Below the pieces are notes generated by a model. The model saw nothing but the letters and a program-made list of their open reading frames with translations, searched no databases and was not told the origin of the DNA. DNA of 64,000 bases, taken from positions 6,842-70,841 of the forward strand of contig JBJXFQ010000011.1 in the NCBI GenBank assembly GCA_046155605.1. The letters run 5' to 3'. A program made the translations under genes and the position numbers. Position 1 is the stretch's first letter, and each line of letters starts with the position of its first letter. This DNA comes from Phycisphaerales bacterium (lineage in GTDB: Bacteria; Planctomycetota; Phycisphaerae; Phycisphaerales; UBA1924). Of this stretch, positions 42,358-51,104 are shown one piece after another.

Positions 42358-43887
42358 TCAACGCTCCAGCGCGAACGCGGCCGCCTCACGGATCGCCTCC
42401 CACGCCGCCCGCACGTGCCGCTCCTCCGTCAGCGTCGCGCCGATCGCCATCCGCAGCACCACGCGCGTGCCCCCGGCCCCGTCCGGCACCGCCGTGTGCG
42501 TCAGCAGCATCCGCCCCGAAGAGTTGAGCGCCTCCATCAGCCGCCGATTCGCCTCGTCGCTCCCGCGCAGCCGGAAGCACACGAGGTTCATCGTCCTCGC
42601 CGCCGCCACCTCGAACCGCGCGTCCGCCCGCACCCATTCCTCCAGCAGCGCCGCCAGCCGCAGGTGCTCGCGCACATAGGCCCGCAGTCCCTCCGCCCCG
42701 TAGCACCGCAGCACCAGCCACAACTTCAGCGCCCGGAACCGCCGCCCCAACGCCACCTGCCAGTCGCGATAGTCGATCACCGTCCCCGCGTCCGTCGCTG
42801 CGTTCCGAAGGTACTCGGGAGTGATCGAGAGCGCCCCGGTCAGAGCGGCTCGATCCGCTGTCCAGAAGCAGTCGCAATCGAAGTTCGTCAGCAGCCACTT
42901 GTGCGGGTTGAAGCAGATTGAGTCCGCCTCTTCGACGCCGCGCAGCATCCAGCGGTTCTCCTCGCACACGCACGCCGCGCCAGCGTGCGCCGCATCCACA
43001 TGCAGCCAAGGGAGCGCGGCGCGCTCATCCGCCCCTCGGCTCGATCCTGCCGGCGCGCACGCCGATCGAATCACCTCGGCGACCTTCCCCACCGGGTCGA
43101 TCGCCGTCGTTCCCGTCGTGCCCACCGTCGCCGCCACAAAGCACGGCACGCGCCCCGCCGCCACGTCTTCCCGCAGCGCCACCTCCAGCGCGCCGACATC
43201 CATCGCCAGCGCCGCGTCCGTCCCGATCAGCCGCACCTGCCTCCGATCCTCCGGCCCCGCCGCCAGCCCCGCGATCATCGCCGCCTTCACAATCGACGAG
43301 TGCGCCTGCTCGCTCGCGTAGACGGTGAGGCGCGACAACTCGACGCCCCGCCCCCACCCCGACCGCCGCCGCGCCGCCGCCAGCGCCACGAGCGCGCTCT
43401 CGCTCGCCGTCCCTTGGATGCACCCCCCGCCCGACCCTGACGCCGACAGAAACCGCGCCGGCAGCCCGATCAACTCCCCCATCCAGTCCATCACCCGCGT
43501 CTCGACCTCCGTCGCCGCGGGGCTCGTGGACCACAGCATCCCATTCACGTTCAGCCCCGCCGAGAGCATCTCCCCCACGATCGCCGGGTACGACGCGTTC
43601 GACGGAAAATACCCGAAAAAGTTCGGCGACTGCCAGTGCGTCAGCCCCGGGACAATCACGTCGTCCAGATCACGCATGAATGCTTCGAACGAGTCCGCGA
43701 CGCCGCCTCCTTCGCGCTCGCCCCATCCTCGCTCCGGCACCGCCATCGGCAGTTTCGCCGCCACCTCCCCCGGCCGAGCCGGCGACCGCACCGGCAGCCC
43801 CTCCACACGCTCGTAGTAGTCCGCGATCCAATCGACCACGCGATGCGCCTGCGCGCGAAACTCATCCGCCGTTGGGTGCCGTGTCAT
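42358..43887 (-). CDS. Pyridoxal-dependent (group II) aromatic-L-amino-acid/tyrosine decarboxylase-like enzyme
   Basis: 509 aa. Blocks are HWQSPNFFGYFPSN, CIQGTASES and the PLP-lysine motif FNPHKWLLTNFDC. Confidence 0.9.
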   Translation of the reverse strand: MTRHPTADEFRAQAHRVVDWIADYYERVEGLPVRSPARPGEVAAKLPMAVPERGWGEREGGGVADSFEAFMRDLDDVIVPGLTHWQSPNFFGYFPSNASYPAIVGEMLSAGLNVNGMLWSTSPAATEVETRVMDWMGELIGLPARFLSASGSGGGCIQGTASESALVALAAARRRSGWGRGVELSRLTVYASEQAHSSIVKAAMIAGLAAGPEDRRQVRLIGTDAALAMDVGALEVALREDVAAGRVPCFVAATVGTTGTTAIDPVGKVAEVIRSACAPAGSSRGADERAALPWLHVDAAHAGAACVCEENRWMLRGVEEADSICFNPHKWLLTNFDCDCFWTADRAALTGALSITPEYLRNAATDAGTVIDYRDWQVALGRRFRALKLWLVLRCYGAEGLRAYVREHLRLAALLEEWVRADARFEVAAARTMNLVCFRLRGSDEANRRLMEALNSSGRMLLTHTAVPDGAGGTRVVLRMAIGATLTEERHVRAAWEAIREAAAFALER

Positions 43888-43995
43888 GGCGCGAGAGTAT
43901 CAAGTCGTACTCGCGCGATCTCCGCACATGAAACGCTGCGGGCTCTCTCTGTGTATAACTCCTGCTCACTCACCCGAGGGGGAAGGAGATTGCTC

Positions 43996-44364
43996 ATGCA
44001 CACGATCGTTCGGCTCTCGTTGGGAACATTCGCCGCTGCTTCGCTCGCCTGCGCCAGCGGCTGCCTCGTCAACACTCATTCCTCCACAACCTACTCCGGT
44101 CGCCACATCAGCCGCGAGACCGTCAAGCAGATCACGCCCGGCACAACCAAAAGAGACTTCATCGTCGCCACGCTCGGCGAACCCAACTCCAAATCCACGC
44201 TCGATGACGGCGCGGAAGTGTGGAAGTACGAGTACCGCAAGTCCACCCGGAGCGCCGCTGCCGTCTTCCTCATCGTTGATGCCGACAAGAGCGTCGAAAC
44301 CACCGGTGCCACCTACGTCATCATCGGAACCGACGGCGTGGTTCAAAAAGTCTGGCAGGAGTAG
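43996..44364 (+). CDS. Small lipoprotein, BamE/SmpA-OmlA-like
   Basis: The ATG at 43996 is preceded by ggaaggag. It has a lipobox-like LACASGC. The mature part (ITPGTTKRDFIVATLGEPNS...WKYEY) resembles the SmpA/OmlA fold signature. Confidence 0.55.
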   Translation: MHTIVRLSLGTFAAASLACASGCLVNTHSSTTYSGRHISRETVKQITPGTTKRDFIVATLGEPNSKSTLDDGAEVWKYEYRKSTRSAAAVFLIVDADKSVETTGATYVIIGTDGVVQKVWQE

Positions 44365-44379
44365 GCCGCTTCGAGTTCG

Positions 44380-45228
44380 CTACTCGCTCCGATATGCCTC
44401 TTCCGGCGCAACCTCCGTCTCCGCCCGCCCGCCCTTCTTCCTCACTCCTGTGAGCACGAGAATCCGCCGCCGCGTCGCACGAAGCGGGTCGCCGATCCGA
44501 CGCCACACGCGGATCGAACGCGGCCGATACCGATCGATGTCCCGCTCCTCCGGCTTCAACAGATCCGGCCGGCACCGGATCACATGCTTCATCAGGTGGT
44601 AGTCGTCCATCCGCTGGAACGTCCGCAGCAGTGCCGGCACCGGCCACACCCGCGACCACCAGCCCCGCGGCCAGAAGCAGACCTGGAAATCGATAAGGCA
44701 GGGCGACCCATCGTCCGCCACGATGATGTTCTCACGCTTGTGCAGGTCTACATACGCCACCCCGCGCGCATGCACCCCCTCAATCGTCGCCCGCAACTTG
44801 TCAAAGAAATCGTCGGCGACGCGCTCCCCTCGCCCCAGCGGATGCCCCTCGACATAGGGGTGTGCGACGGCGTTGGGCAGCACTCGGGCCTCACCCGAGG
44901 GCAATCGCTCCGCCACCGCGCCGCACGCGCGCGGGACGTGCTTGAGTTCGGCCAGCAGCGTGAGCAGCCCGTGCTCCCGCCGCGCCAGCCGCCGCCCCAG
45001 CCACGTCATCGGGATCGGACCGATGCGCTGCTGCCGGTTGAACTTGCAGACGACCTTGCCCGCCGGACCCTGGTAGATGCCCGTCGCCGCCCACGAGTCG
45101 TGCTTGAGGCAGTCCACCAACGCGTACTCGTTGTCGTCGATCACGACAAACACTGGCGGTTCGCTGCGCCCCAGCGCGCGAAACACGCGCGGACGGGGCT
45201 TGGTCGAGGGAGCCGCGGCGTGCGCCAT
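44380..45228 (-). CDS. Protein-kinase-like fold protein (lipopolysaccharide/Kdo kinase or RIO-like family)
   Basis: It has VVCKFNR (ATP lysine), a DLHKRENIIV catalytic-loop-like motif and LIDFQ (DFG-like). The start is set at MAHAAAP (45228) to leave room for the divergent promoter. The ORF itself is open to 45336. Confidence 0.55.
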   Translation of the reverse strand: MAHAAAPSTKPRPRVFRALGRSEPPVFVVIDDNEYALVDCLKHDSWAATGIYQGPAGKVVCKFNRQQRIGPIPMTWLGRRLARREHGLLTLLAELKHVPRACGAVAERLPSGEARVLPNAVAHPYVEGHPLGRGERVADDFFDKLRATIEGVHARGVAYVDLHKRENIIVADDGSPCLIDFQVCFWPRGWWSRVWPVPALLRTFQRMDDYHLMKHVIRCRPDLLKPEERDIDRYRPRSIRVWRRIGDPLRATRRRILVLTGVRKKGGRAETEVAPEEAYRSE

Positions 45229-45334
45229 GGTCCACAGCGTAGCGGGCGGCCCGGGGTCCCGTGATGGCCCGACGGCGCGATCGCCCCGGCCTCGCCGCTC
45301 GTACAGTTGCCGGTCGCTGAACACGGAGGATCCC

Positions 45335-46762
45335 ATGCTGTTTCGACTAATCTATGACGACCACCTCGCTCAGGCCGCGTACCTCATCGGGTGCCAGAAG
45401 ACCGGCGAGGCGATCGTCATCGACCCGGAGCGCGACGTCGATCGCTACCTCGACCTCGCTACTCGCGAGGGCCTGCGACTCGTCGCGGCGACCGAAACGC
45501 ACATCCACGCCGACTTCGTCTCCGGGTGCCGCGAACTCGCGGAACGCGGCGTGAAGGTCTACCTCTCCGGCGAGGGCGGGCCGGATTGGTCGTATCAGTG
45601 GCTAAACAAACGCACCGGCGGCGGGCAGTACGACCACCACCTCCTCCGCGACGGCGACACGATCCACATCGGCAACATCGAGATCAAGGCCGTCCACACG
45701 CCGGGCCACACCCCAGAGCACCTGTCCTTCCTCGTCACCGATCGCGGCGGGGGAGCGGCCGAGCCCATGGGCATCGCCACGGGCGACTTCGTCTTCGTCG
45801 GCGACCTGGGTCGGCCCGACCTGCTCGAATCCGCCGCCGGACACGCGGGAGCCGCGGCACCCTCGGCCCGAACGCTCTTCCGTTCCGTTGCCAAGTTCGG
45901 CGCGCTCCCGGACTACTTGCAGGTGTGGCCAGGACACGGCGCGGGCAGCGCATGCGGGAAGGCGCTGGGCGCGGTCCCGCAATCGACCGTGGGCTACGAG
46001 CGACGCTTCAACCCCGCCATTGCCGCCGCCAGGGCCGAGGGCGCGTTCGTCGACTACATCCTCTCCGGCCAGCCCGAGCCCCCGCGCTACTTCGCGCGGA
46101 TGAAGAAGTGGAACAAGGAGGGCCCGCCCGTGCTCGGCCATGTGCCCACACCGCGCCGCGCGAGCGCGGAAGAACTCGTCAGGCTCGATGCCAAAGCGGT
46201 CGCCATTGTCGATACGCGACCCTGGCGCGAGTTCATGGCCGGACACCTCAAAGGCTCGCTCTACATCCCCTTCGGCACGAGTTTCCCGACCGAGGCCGGG
46301 TCGCTCATCGAGCCCCATGAGCCGATCCACCTCATTATCGACGAATCGCGGCTCGACGAGGGGGTCCGAGACCTCATCCGCGTCGGACTCGATCGCGTCG
46401 AGACGTGGTCCCCGCCCGAGTCGGTCGCCGAAGTCGCCTCCCTCGGCGGCGCGATCGCAACCTCCAAGGAGAGCACGCCCGAAGCGGCCCGCGCGCGGCT
46501 CGGCGCGTTCTTCGTCCTCGACGCCCGCAAGGCCACCGAGCACGCCGAACTCCGCATCGATGGCACTACCCAAGTCTCCCACACTCAGATCGCGTCCAAC
46601 CTCGCGCGCCTCCCCAAGGACCGCCCGATCCTCGTGCATTGCAAATCCGGCGGCCGGTCCGCCCGGGTCTGCGCCTACCTCGATCGACTCGGCTACGACG
46701 CGACCAACCTCGCCGGCGGGATCACCGCCTGGCACAAGGCCGGGCTGCCCGTCAAACCCTGA
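45335..46762 (+). CDS. MBL-fold metallo-hydrolase fused to rhodanese domains (persulfide dioxygenase/sulfurtransferase-like)
   Basis: The ATG at 45335 is preceded by ggagga. Blocks are ETHIHADFVSG, HTPGHTPEH and a C-terminal rhodanese active-site loop HCKSGGRS. Confidence 0.8.
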   Translation: MLFRLIYDDHLAQAAYLIGCQKTGEAIVIDPERDVDRYLDLATREGLRLVAATETHIHADFVSGCRELAERGVKVYLSGEGGPDWSYQWLNKRTGGGQYDHHLLRDGDTIHIGNIEIKAVHTPGHTPEHLSFLVTDRGGGAAEPMGIATGDFVFVGDLGRPDLLESAAGHAGAAAPSARTLFRSVAKFGALPDYLQVWPGHGAGSACGKALGAVPQSTVGYERRFNPAIAAARAEGAFVDYILSGQPEPPRYFARMKKWNKEGPPVLGHVPTPRRASAEELVRLDAKAVAIVDTRPWREFMAGHLKGSLYIPFGTSFPTEAGSLIEPHEPIHLIIDESRLDEGVRDLIRVGLDRVETWSPPESVAEVASLGGAIATSKESTPEAARARLGAFFVLDARKATEHAELRIDGTTQVSHTQIASNLARLPKDRPILVHCKSGGRSARVCAYLDRLGYDATNLAGGITAWHKAGLPVKP

Positions 46763-46763
46763 G

Positions 46764-47113
46764 TCACTGGGCCTCGAGGTCGAACACCAACTCCATCGGC
46801 GACCACCACTGGTCCTGCCGCGCACCCGGCACCCGCCGCTGAAAACCGCGCATCAGCGCGTCCCACGCGGCGCACTTCGCATCGGCGGCATAGGCCTGGT
46901 AGTCGCGCGCGGAATCGAACGAGTCCGGCGCCTCGTAGTACATGAACAGCCGCGTCCCGTGCATGAACAGCCGCATCCGCGTGATCCCGATCGCCCGCAG
47001 CGCCGCCACGACCTCCGGCCAGACGGCGCGATGGTGCTCCTTGTACGCGGCGACAAGCGCGGGATCGTCGATCAGGTCCAAGGCTTGTGCAAAGGCCTTC
47101 ATGCGAGCGTCCA
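46764..47113 (-). CDS. rhaM: L-rhamnose mutarotase
   Basis: This is the C-terminal part of the listed 380-aa ORF. The segment MKAFAQALDLIDDPALVAAYKEHHRAVWPEVVAALRAIGITRMRLFMHGTRLFMYYE fits the RhaM/DUF718 family. The start is 47113 or 47101. Confidence 0.75.
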
Positions 47114-47151
47114 TCCGGCTCGAAAGGCGTCGAGCGCGATCTTCGACTGCT

Positions 47152-47185
47152 GAAAACGATAGCGGGCGACCCGAAGGCCGCCCGC
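47152..47185 (-). terminator. Intrinsic terminator after the PEP-CTERM protein gene
   Basis: The minus strand reads GCGGGCGGCC-UUCG-GGUCGCCCGC, a 10-bp stem with one G-U pair and a UUCG tetraloop. It is followed by UAUCGUUUUC. Confidence 0.55.
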
Positions 47186-47209
47186 CGGAAGTCAGTGTTG
47201 AATCGGGGA

Positions 47210-47863
47210 TCAGGCGCGACGGCGAGCGAAGGCCAGGCCCGCGATCCCGAGGCCCGAGAGGCCCATCCAGGCCGCCGCGGGGAGCGGAATCACCTGCAGG
47301 GTGCCGCCGTTGACGAATGCGTCGCTGTTGCCGGAGATACCGATCGCGCGAACATGCAGACCGAGCCGCAGGTCGCCATTGTTCACAGCATTCACGACGC
47401 TCGTGAAGGTCTTGCCCGCCGCGAGCGTGAAGTCCATCTCGAGCCAGTCGGCGGGGGTGTCCAGGCCGTTGGCGGGGTTGCCCACGGCATCGGCACTGAA
47501 GGCCGAGGTGGCGTTGAAGGCCGGGGAGAGGTTCGCTCCGCCCGGGAGGTTTCCAGGGCTCGCACCGCCGCCCGCGAAGGTGGCACCGAACTGGTTCAGC
47601 GGCGTCATGAGGTTCGACAGGGGTGCCGAGTTGCGGTTGTCGTAGTAGACTTCGCTGACCGAGCAATAGATCGCCGCGGTGTTCGTGAAGCGGAACCGGA
47701 CGACGCTCGACGAGACCTCGCTCAGCACAGCCTTGAACTGAGCCGCGGGGTTCTGCGACGCGTTCGCAGGGTTGACCCGAACAAAGTTGATCTCGACGGG
47801 GGCGGCCTGGACGGCAGAACCCACGGCCAGAACGACAGCGACGGCCTTGTTGATGATGTTCAT
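47210..47863 (-). CDS. PEP-CTERM sorting-domain secreted protein
   Basis: 217 aa with a signal peptide (AVAVVLAVGSAVQA). The C-terminus IPLPAAAWMGLSGLGIAGLAFARRRA has the P-x-P motif + TM + Arg cluster architecture of PEP-CTERM. Confidence 0.7.
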   Translation of the reverse strand: MNIINKAVAVVLAVGSAVQAAPVEINFVRVNPANASQNPAAQFKAVLSEVSSSVVRFRFTNTAAIYCSVSEVYYDNRNSAPLSNLMTPLNQFGATFAGGGASPGNLPGGANLSPAFNATSAFSADAVGNPANGLDTPADWLEMDFTLAAGKTFTSVVNAVNNGDLRLGLHVRAIGISGNSDAFVNGGTLQVIPLPAAAWMGLSGLGIAGLAFARRRA

Positions 47864-47919
47864 GGAGTTCCTCTTTCTTCCCTAACGAAACCAACTCGCG
47901 GCCCATGCCGCTTCAACAT

Positions 47920-47947
47920 AGCATAGCCCAACACGCCGAAACTTCAA
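47920..47947 (-). promoter_or_regulatory. Putative sigma70-type promoter of the PEP-CTERM gene
   Basis: The minus strand has TTGAAG (47947..47942), a 16-nt spacer and TATGCT (47925..47920). It lies ~55 nt upstream of ATG 47863, with a purine-rich SD (gaaagaggaa). Confidence 0.3.
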
Positions 47948-48028
47948 GCACTTGCATCACTTGGCGTCAGAAAAACAAGTACACGGACCTGCACGTTCGC
48001 CAGCATCGTCCGATACCCGCACATCGCG

Positions 48029-48568
48029 TTATCGGGCTCGCCGTCCGACTGTCCCGCCACCGCCCAGCATCGGTGCCAGCGGCAGCAGCACCAGTGCCAT
48101 GACCAGCCCTGCCGGCCCGGTCACTAGGGCCGAGAGTAGCCTCCGCCCCACCTCGGCCAGCGGCCGCCACTCAAAGTCCGGATAGGCGATATGACGCGCC
48201 GTCAAGAGCCCGCTGGCAAAGAGTTGCGCGACGGCCATGCCCATGATCGAGAGCGCGAGCATCGTCAGTGGGTTGCGTCGGATCACCTGTCCGCGTAGCG
48301 CCAGCACAAACTGCCCCGCCACCAAGTAGCCGATCGCCATCGGCCCGGGAACCGCGATCAGCGTCCCGCCATGCGCCCGCAGCGACAGCAGATCGACGCT
48401 CAGCCCCAGCAGCAGGCATGTCCAAAGGGCCGGCCCCGGCGAAGCCGAAAGCGCCACCAGTACTGCCAGCGGCAGCACAAAGCCCGGCTGCCCTGGGATT
48501 GCGCTTGACAGACTCGCCTCCAGGCCCAGGCACAGCCACGCCAGGACCAGCAACAGGGGCACGTTCAC
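48029..48568 (-). CDS. mreD: Rod shape-determining protein MreD
   Basis: 179-aa polytopic ORF directly coupled to mreC (GTG start overlapping the mreC stop, GTGA at 48565-48568). Size, position and hydrophobic profile fit MreD. Confidence 0.65.
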   Translation of the reverse strand: MNVPLLLVLAWLCLGLEASLSSAIPGQPGFVLPLAVLVALSASPGPALWTCLLLGLSVDLLSLRAHGGTLIAVPGPMAIGYLVAGQFVLALRGQVIRRNPLTMLALSIMGMAVAQLFASGLLTARHIAYPDFEWRPLAEVGRRLLSALVTGPAGLVMALVLLPLAPMLGGGGTVGRRAR

Positions 48569-49479
48569 GGCTTGCCCCCATCCGTCGATGCCGGCGTCTC
48601 GTCCCCCGCCTGCCGCAGGATCACCTCGCTGAGCCGATCTAACTCGACGGTCGGCGCGACCGTGATGACGTAACGCCCTGCGACACGATCCGCGGCCTTG
48701 ATCGTCCCGATCACGAGCAGCCGCGCCGCCGCCGGCAACTGGTCATCCTCGACCCGCACCACCTGACCCACCTTGGGCTCCGGCCCACCATGTTCGACCT
48801 GTCCGCGCAGGACGCCGCGACCTTGCGCATAGAGCAGGCACAGAGAGCCCGGCTTCGAATCCTCCAGCATCACGCGCCCGCGGAGGCCGCGCTCGTCCGG
48901 CTTGTCACCCGCTCGGTCGCCCCCTTGGGTGCTCCGCCGATCACTCTGCTTGCTCGTGATCAGCAGGATCATGCTCGTGCGCGGGCCGACTTTCCCAACG
49001 AGCCCGACGAACTGCGCGCCGGTCGTCGTCGCCACCGCGCCCGGCTCGATCCCCGCGCTTCGCCCAGCACGAACCTCGATGATCCCCCCGCCCGAATCCG
49101 CCGTCGGGCCGATTACCGACGCCATCACCTGCCGAACCACCACGCCTTCATACGGCACGCCCTGTTGCAGCACCCGGATCTGATCCCGCAGCCGCCCGTT
49201 CTCCGCTCTTTCCTCGAGCCACAGCGCCTCGAATCGGTCCCGATCGTCCTGAAGCCGTCTCACCAACTCATCGTCACGCGCGGATTCCGGCGGGCGCAAC
49301 CACCGCACCACCCGCGCCACCGGCTGCTTCACCGGTGCCACCACCAGGCCCAGCGAGTCCGCCAGCCCGCCGATCGACCCCAGCCAGCGCGTCGGCGACA
49401 TCGCCAGCACCACGAGGATCGCCACGCTCCCAGGAAGGAGCCAGCGGCGAAGGGGGGGCTGTCGAACCACGCGAGTCAT
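48565..49479 (-). CDS. mreC: Rod shape-determining protein MreC
   Basis: 304 aa with an N-terminal TM and a coiled segment (LWLEERAENGRLRDQIRVLQ). C-terminal beta-rich domains with GxxVxxxxGxVGxV-like blocks follow (GAQFVGLVGKVGPRTSMILLITS). Confidence 0.75.
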   Translation of the reverse strand: MTRVVRQPPLRRWLLPGSVAILVVLAMSPTRWLGSIGGLADSLGLVVAPVKQPVARVVRWLRPPESARDDELVRRLQDDRDRFEALWLEERAENGRLRDQIRVLQQGVPYEGVVVRQVMASVIGPTADSGGGIIEVRAGRSAGIEPGAVATTTGAQFVGLVGKVGPRTSMILLITSKQSDRRSTQGGDRAGDKPDERGLRGRVMLEDSKPGSLCLLYAQGRGVLRGQVEHGGPEPKVGQVVRVEDDQLPAAARLLVIGTIKAADRVAGRYVITVAPTVELDRLSEVILRQAGDETPASTDGGKP

Positions 49480-49569
49480 CTGGCGTGTAGCCTATCGGCC
49501 CGCGGGCTCGCCAGCGATCACGCTCCGCATTCGCCGGCTCACCGCGGCCATCACGCCCGTCGCCTTGCT

Positions 49570-50010
49570 CTAGCGCAACGGTGCCGTCTCAACCCCCCGC
49601 AAATCCGCCAGCCGACGCTCGATCTCTCGCACAACCGTTTCGGCCCGGGCCCGATCCCCGTGAAACCCTGCCTCGGCGCGCACCCGCACGACCTGGCCCA
49701 CCTGCGCTGCACCTGTCGCTGCCGACTCCGGCCGAGTCACCTCCACTCTGATCCGATCGTCATCAACCACCAGCAGCACGAAGGTCTGTCGATCCGGCAA
49801 CACCTCCGACCACTCGACCGCCGCCTCGACTCGCCCCGCCACCGCCCAGACCGCCGCCTCGACGTCATTCCAATCGCCGGCGAAGATCCGATCAATCGCG
49901 CCGTCGCGGCGATCCGGCTTGCCGACATATCCGGCACCGCCACATCCACCCGACATCAACACTACCGCACTAATCCAGCATGTTCGTATCATGTTTGCAT
50001 AATGCCACAT
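49570..50010 (-). CDS. Small putative lipoprotein/secreted protein, hypothetical
   Basis: 146-aa ORF; an alternative start is MIRTCW at 49992. It has a hydrophobic N-terminus ending in SGGCGG. No domain was recognised. Confidence 0.4.
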   Translation of the reverse strand: MWHYANMIRTCWISAVVLMSGGCGGAGYVGKPDRRDGAIDRIFAGDWNDVEAAVWAVAGRVEAAVEWSEVLPDRQTFVLLVVDDDRIRVEVTRPESAATGAAQVGQVVRVRAEAGFHGDRARAETVVREIERRLADLRGVETAPLR

Positions 50011-50024
50011 CGATTGACCCGTTC

Positions 50025-51104
50025 ATGTTACGAACATTTCGCCCACTGCTCTATCGCCCTCGCGCCCTTCGCTCGATAGCATTGGACCTCCTCGCCGTTC
50101 GAGGAATCGGAGCCTTAGGGTTGTCGCAGGCCCAGATTACCGTGCAGGTTCCCATCGGTGCCGACCGCGTCGGCGTCGTTGGCTCGGCGGAGCGTAACCT
50201 CAAAATGCTCCGCGAAGCCCTCGGCGTCAGTGTTACCGCCCGCGACGCCAATGTCCAAGTCATCGGCGACCGCCATGCCGTTGCCGTTGCCCGCGGCGTC
50301 CTCGAACGCCTCGGTCGGGCAGCCGAGCGCGACCAACTCCTTTCCCGAGAACAGGTGCTCGACCTCATCTCTGATGAGACCCAGCGCCAGCGTGGCCAAG
50401 GCTCCGCCGATTCCAACACCCCCGCCGGTCCGCTCCATTGGGATGGCGGCCTCGATGTCTACGCCGCAGGCAGGCCCATCCGACCGAAAACCGCCAACCA
50501 GGAACTCTATCTCGAATCCATCCGCACCCATGACCTCGTCTTCGGCATCGGGCCGGCCGGCACCGGCAAGACCTATCTCGCCGTCGCGGCCGCCGTCCAC
50601 CTCCTCCGCCTCGATCGCGTCAAAAAGGTCATCCTCGCGCGGCCCGCCGTCGAAGCGGGTGAGAAACTCGGCTTCCTCCCCGGGGACCTCGAAGCCAAAG
50701 TCAACCCGTACCTTCGCCCGCTCTTCGACGCCCTCCATGACATGATGGACTACACCACCATCCGCCGTTTCATGGACACCGACGTCGTCGAGGTCGTCCC
50801 GCTCGCCTTCATGCGCGGCCGCACCCTCAATCAGGCCGTCATCATCCTCGACGAGGCCCAGAACACCACCCGCGGCCAGATGCAGATGTTCCTCACCCGA
50901 ATGGGCCACGGCTCCAAGATGATCGTCACCGGCGACGTCACCCAGATCGACCTCCCAGATCCCACCCAGAGCGGACTCATCGATGCCGCTCGTCGCCTCT
51001 CGCGCGTCCCCGGCATCGACTTCACCACCTTCGACCGCGGCGACGTCGTGCGACATCCCCTCGTCCAGCGAATCGTCGACGCCTACGGATCGGACGATCG
51101 CTGA
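50025..51104 (+). CDS. phoH: PhoH-like ATPase
   Basis: It has Walker [21 protein letters not shown] and [11 protein letters not shown]. The start is uncertain and may lie further downstream. The stop overlaps the next ATG (TGATG). Confidence 0.85.
   Translation: MLRTFRPLLYRPRALRSIALDLLAVRGIGALGLSQAQITVQVPIGADRVGVVGSAERNLKMLREALGVSVTARDANVQVIGDRHAVAVARGVLERLGRAAERDQLLSREQVLDLISDETQRQRGQGSADSNTPAGPLHWDGGLDVYAAGRPIRPKTANQELYLESIRTHDLVFGIGPAGTGKTYLAVAAAVHLLRLDRVKKVILARPAVEAGEKLGFLPGDLEAKVNPYLRPLFDALHDMMDYTTIRRFMDTDVVEVVPLAFMRGRTLNQAVIILDEAQNTTRGQMQMFLTRMGHGSKMIVTGDVTQIDLPDPTQSGLIDAARRLSRVPGIDFTTFDRGDVVRHPLVQRIVDAYGSDDR

Noticed and set aside
45334-45337. Head-to-head overlapping ATGs (CCATG) of the kinase-like gene and the MBL-rhodanese gene.
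   Set aside because: The first 36 codons of the minus-strand ORF are low-complexity and would leave no promoter space. The start at 45228 (MAHAAAP) is more plausible, so the overlap is probably an ORF-calling artefact.
46938-46985. Direct 13-nt repeat catgaacagccgc x2 inside rhaM.
   Set aside because: It is explained by the protein sequence (RLFM…RLFM within the conserved mutarotase core). It is not an independent DNA element.
46764-47906. 380-aa minus-strand ORF.
   Set aside because: It is a composite. Only the C-terminal ~115 aa match L-rhamnose mutarotase. The upstream part overlaps, in another frame, the well-formed PEP-CTERM gene (47210-47863) and crosses a strong terminator hairpin.
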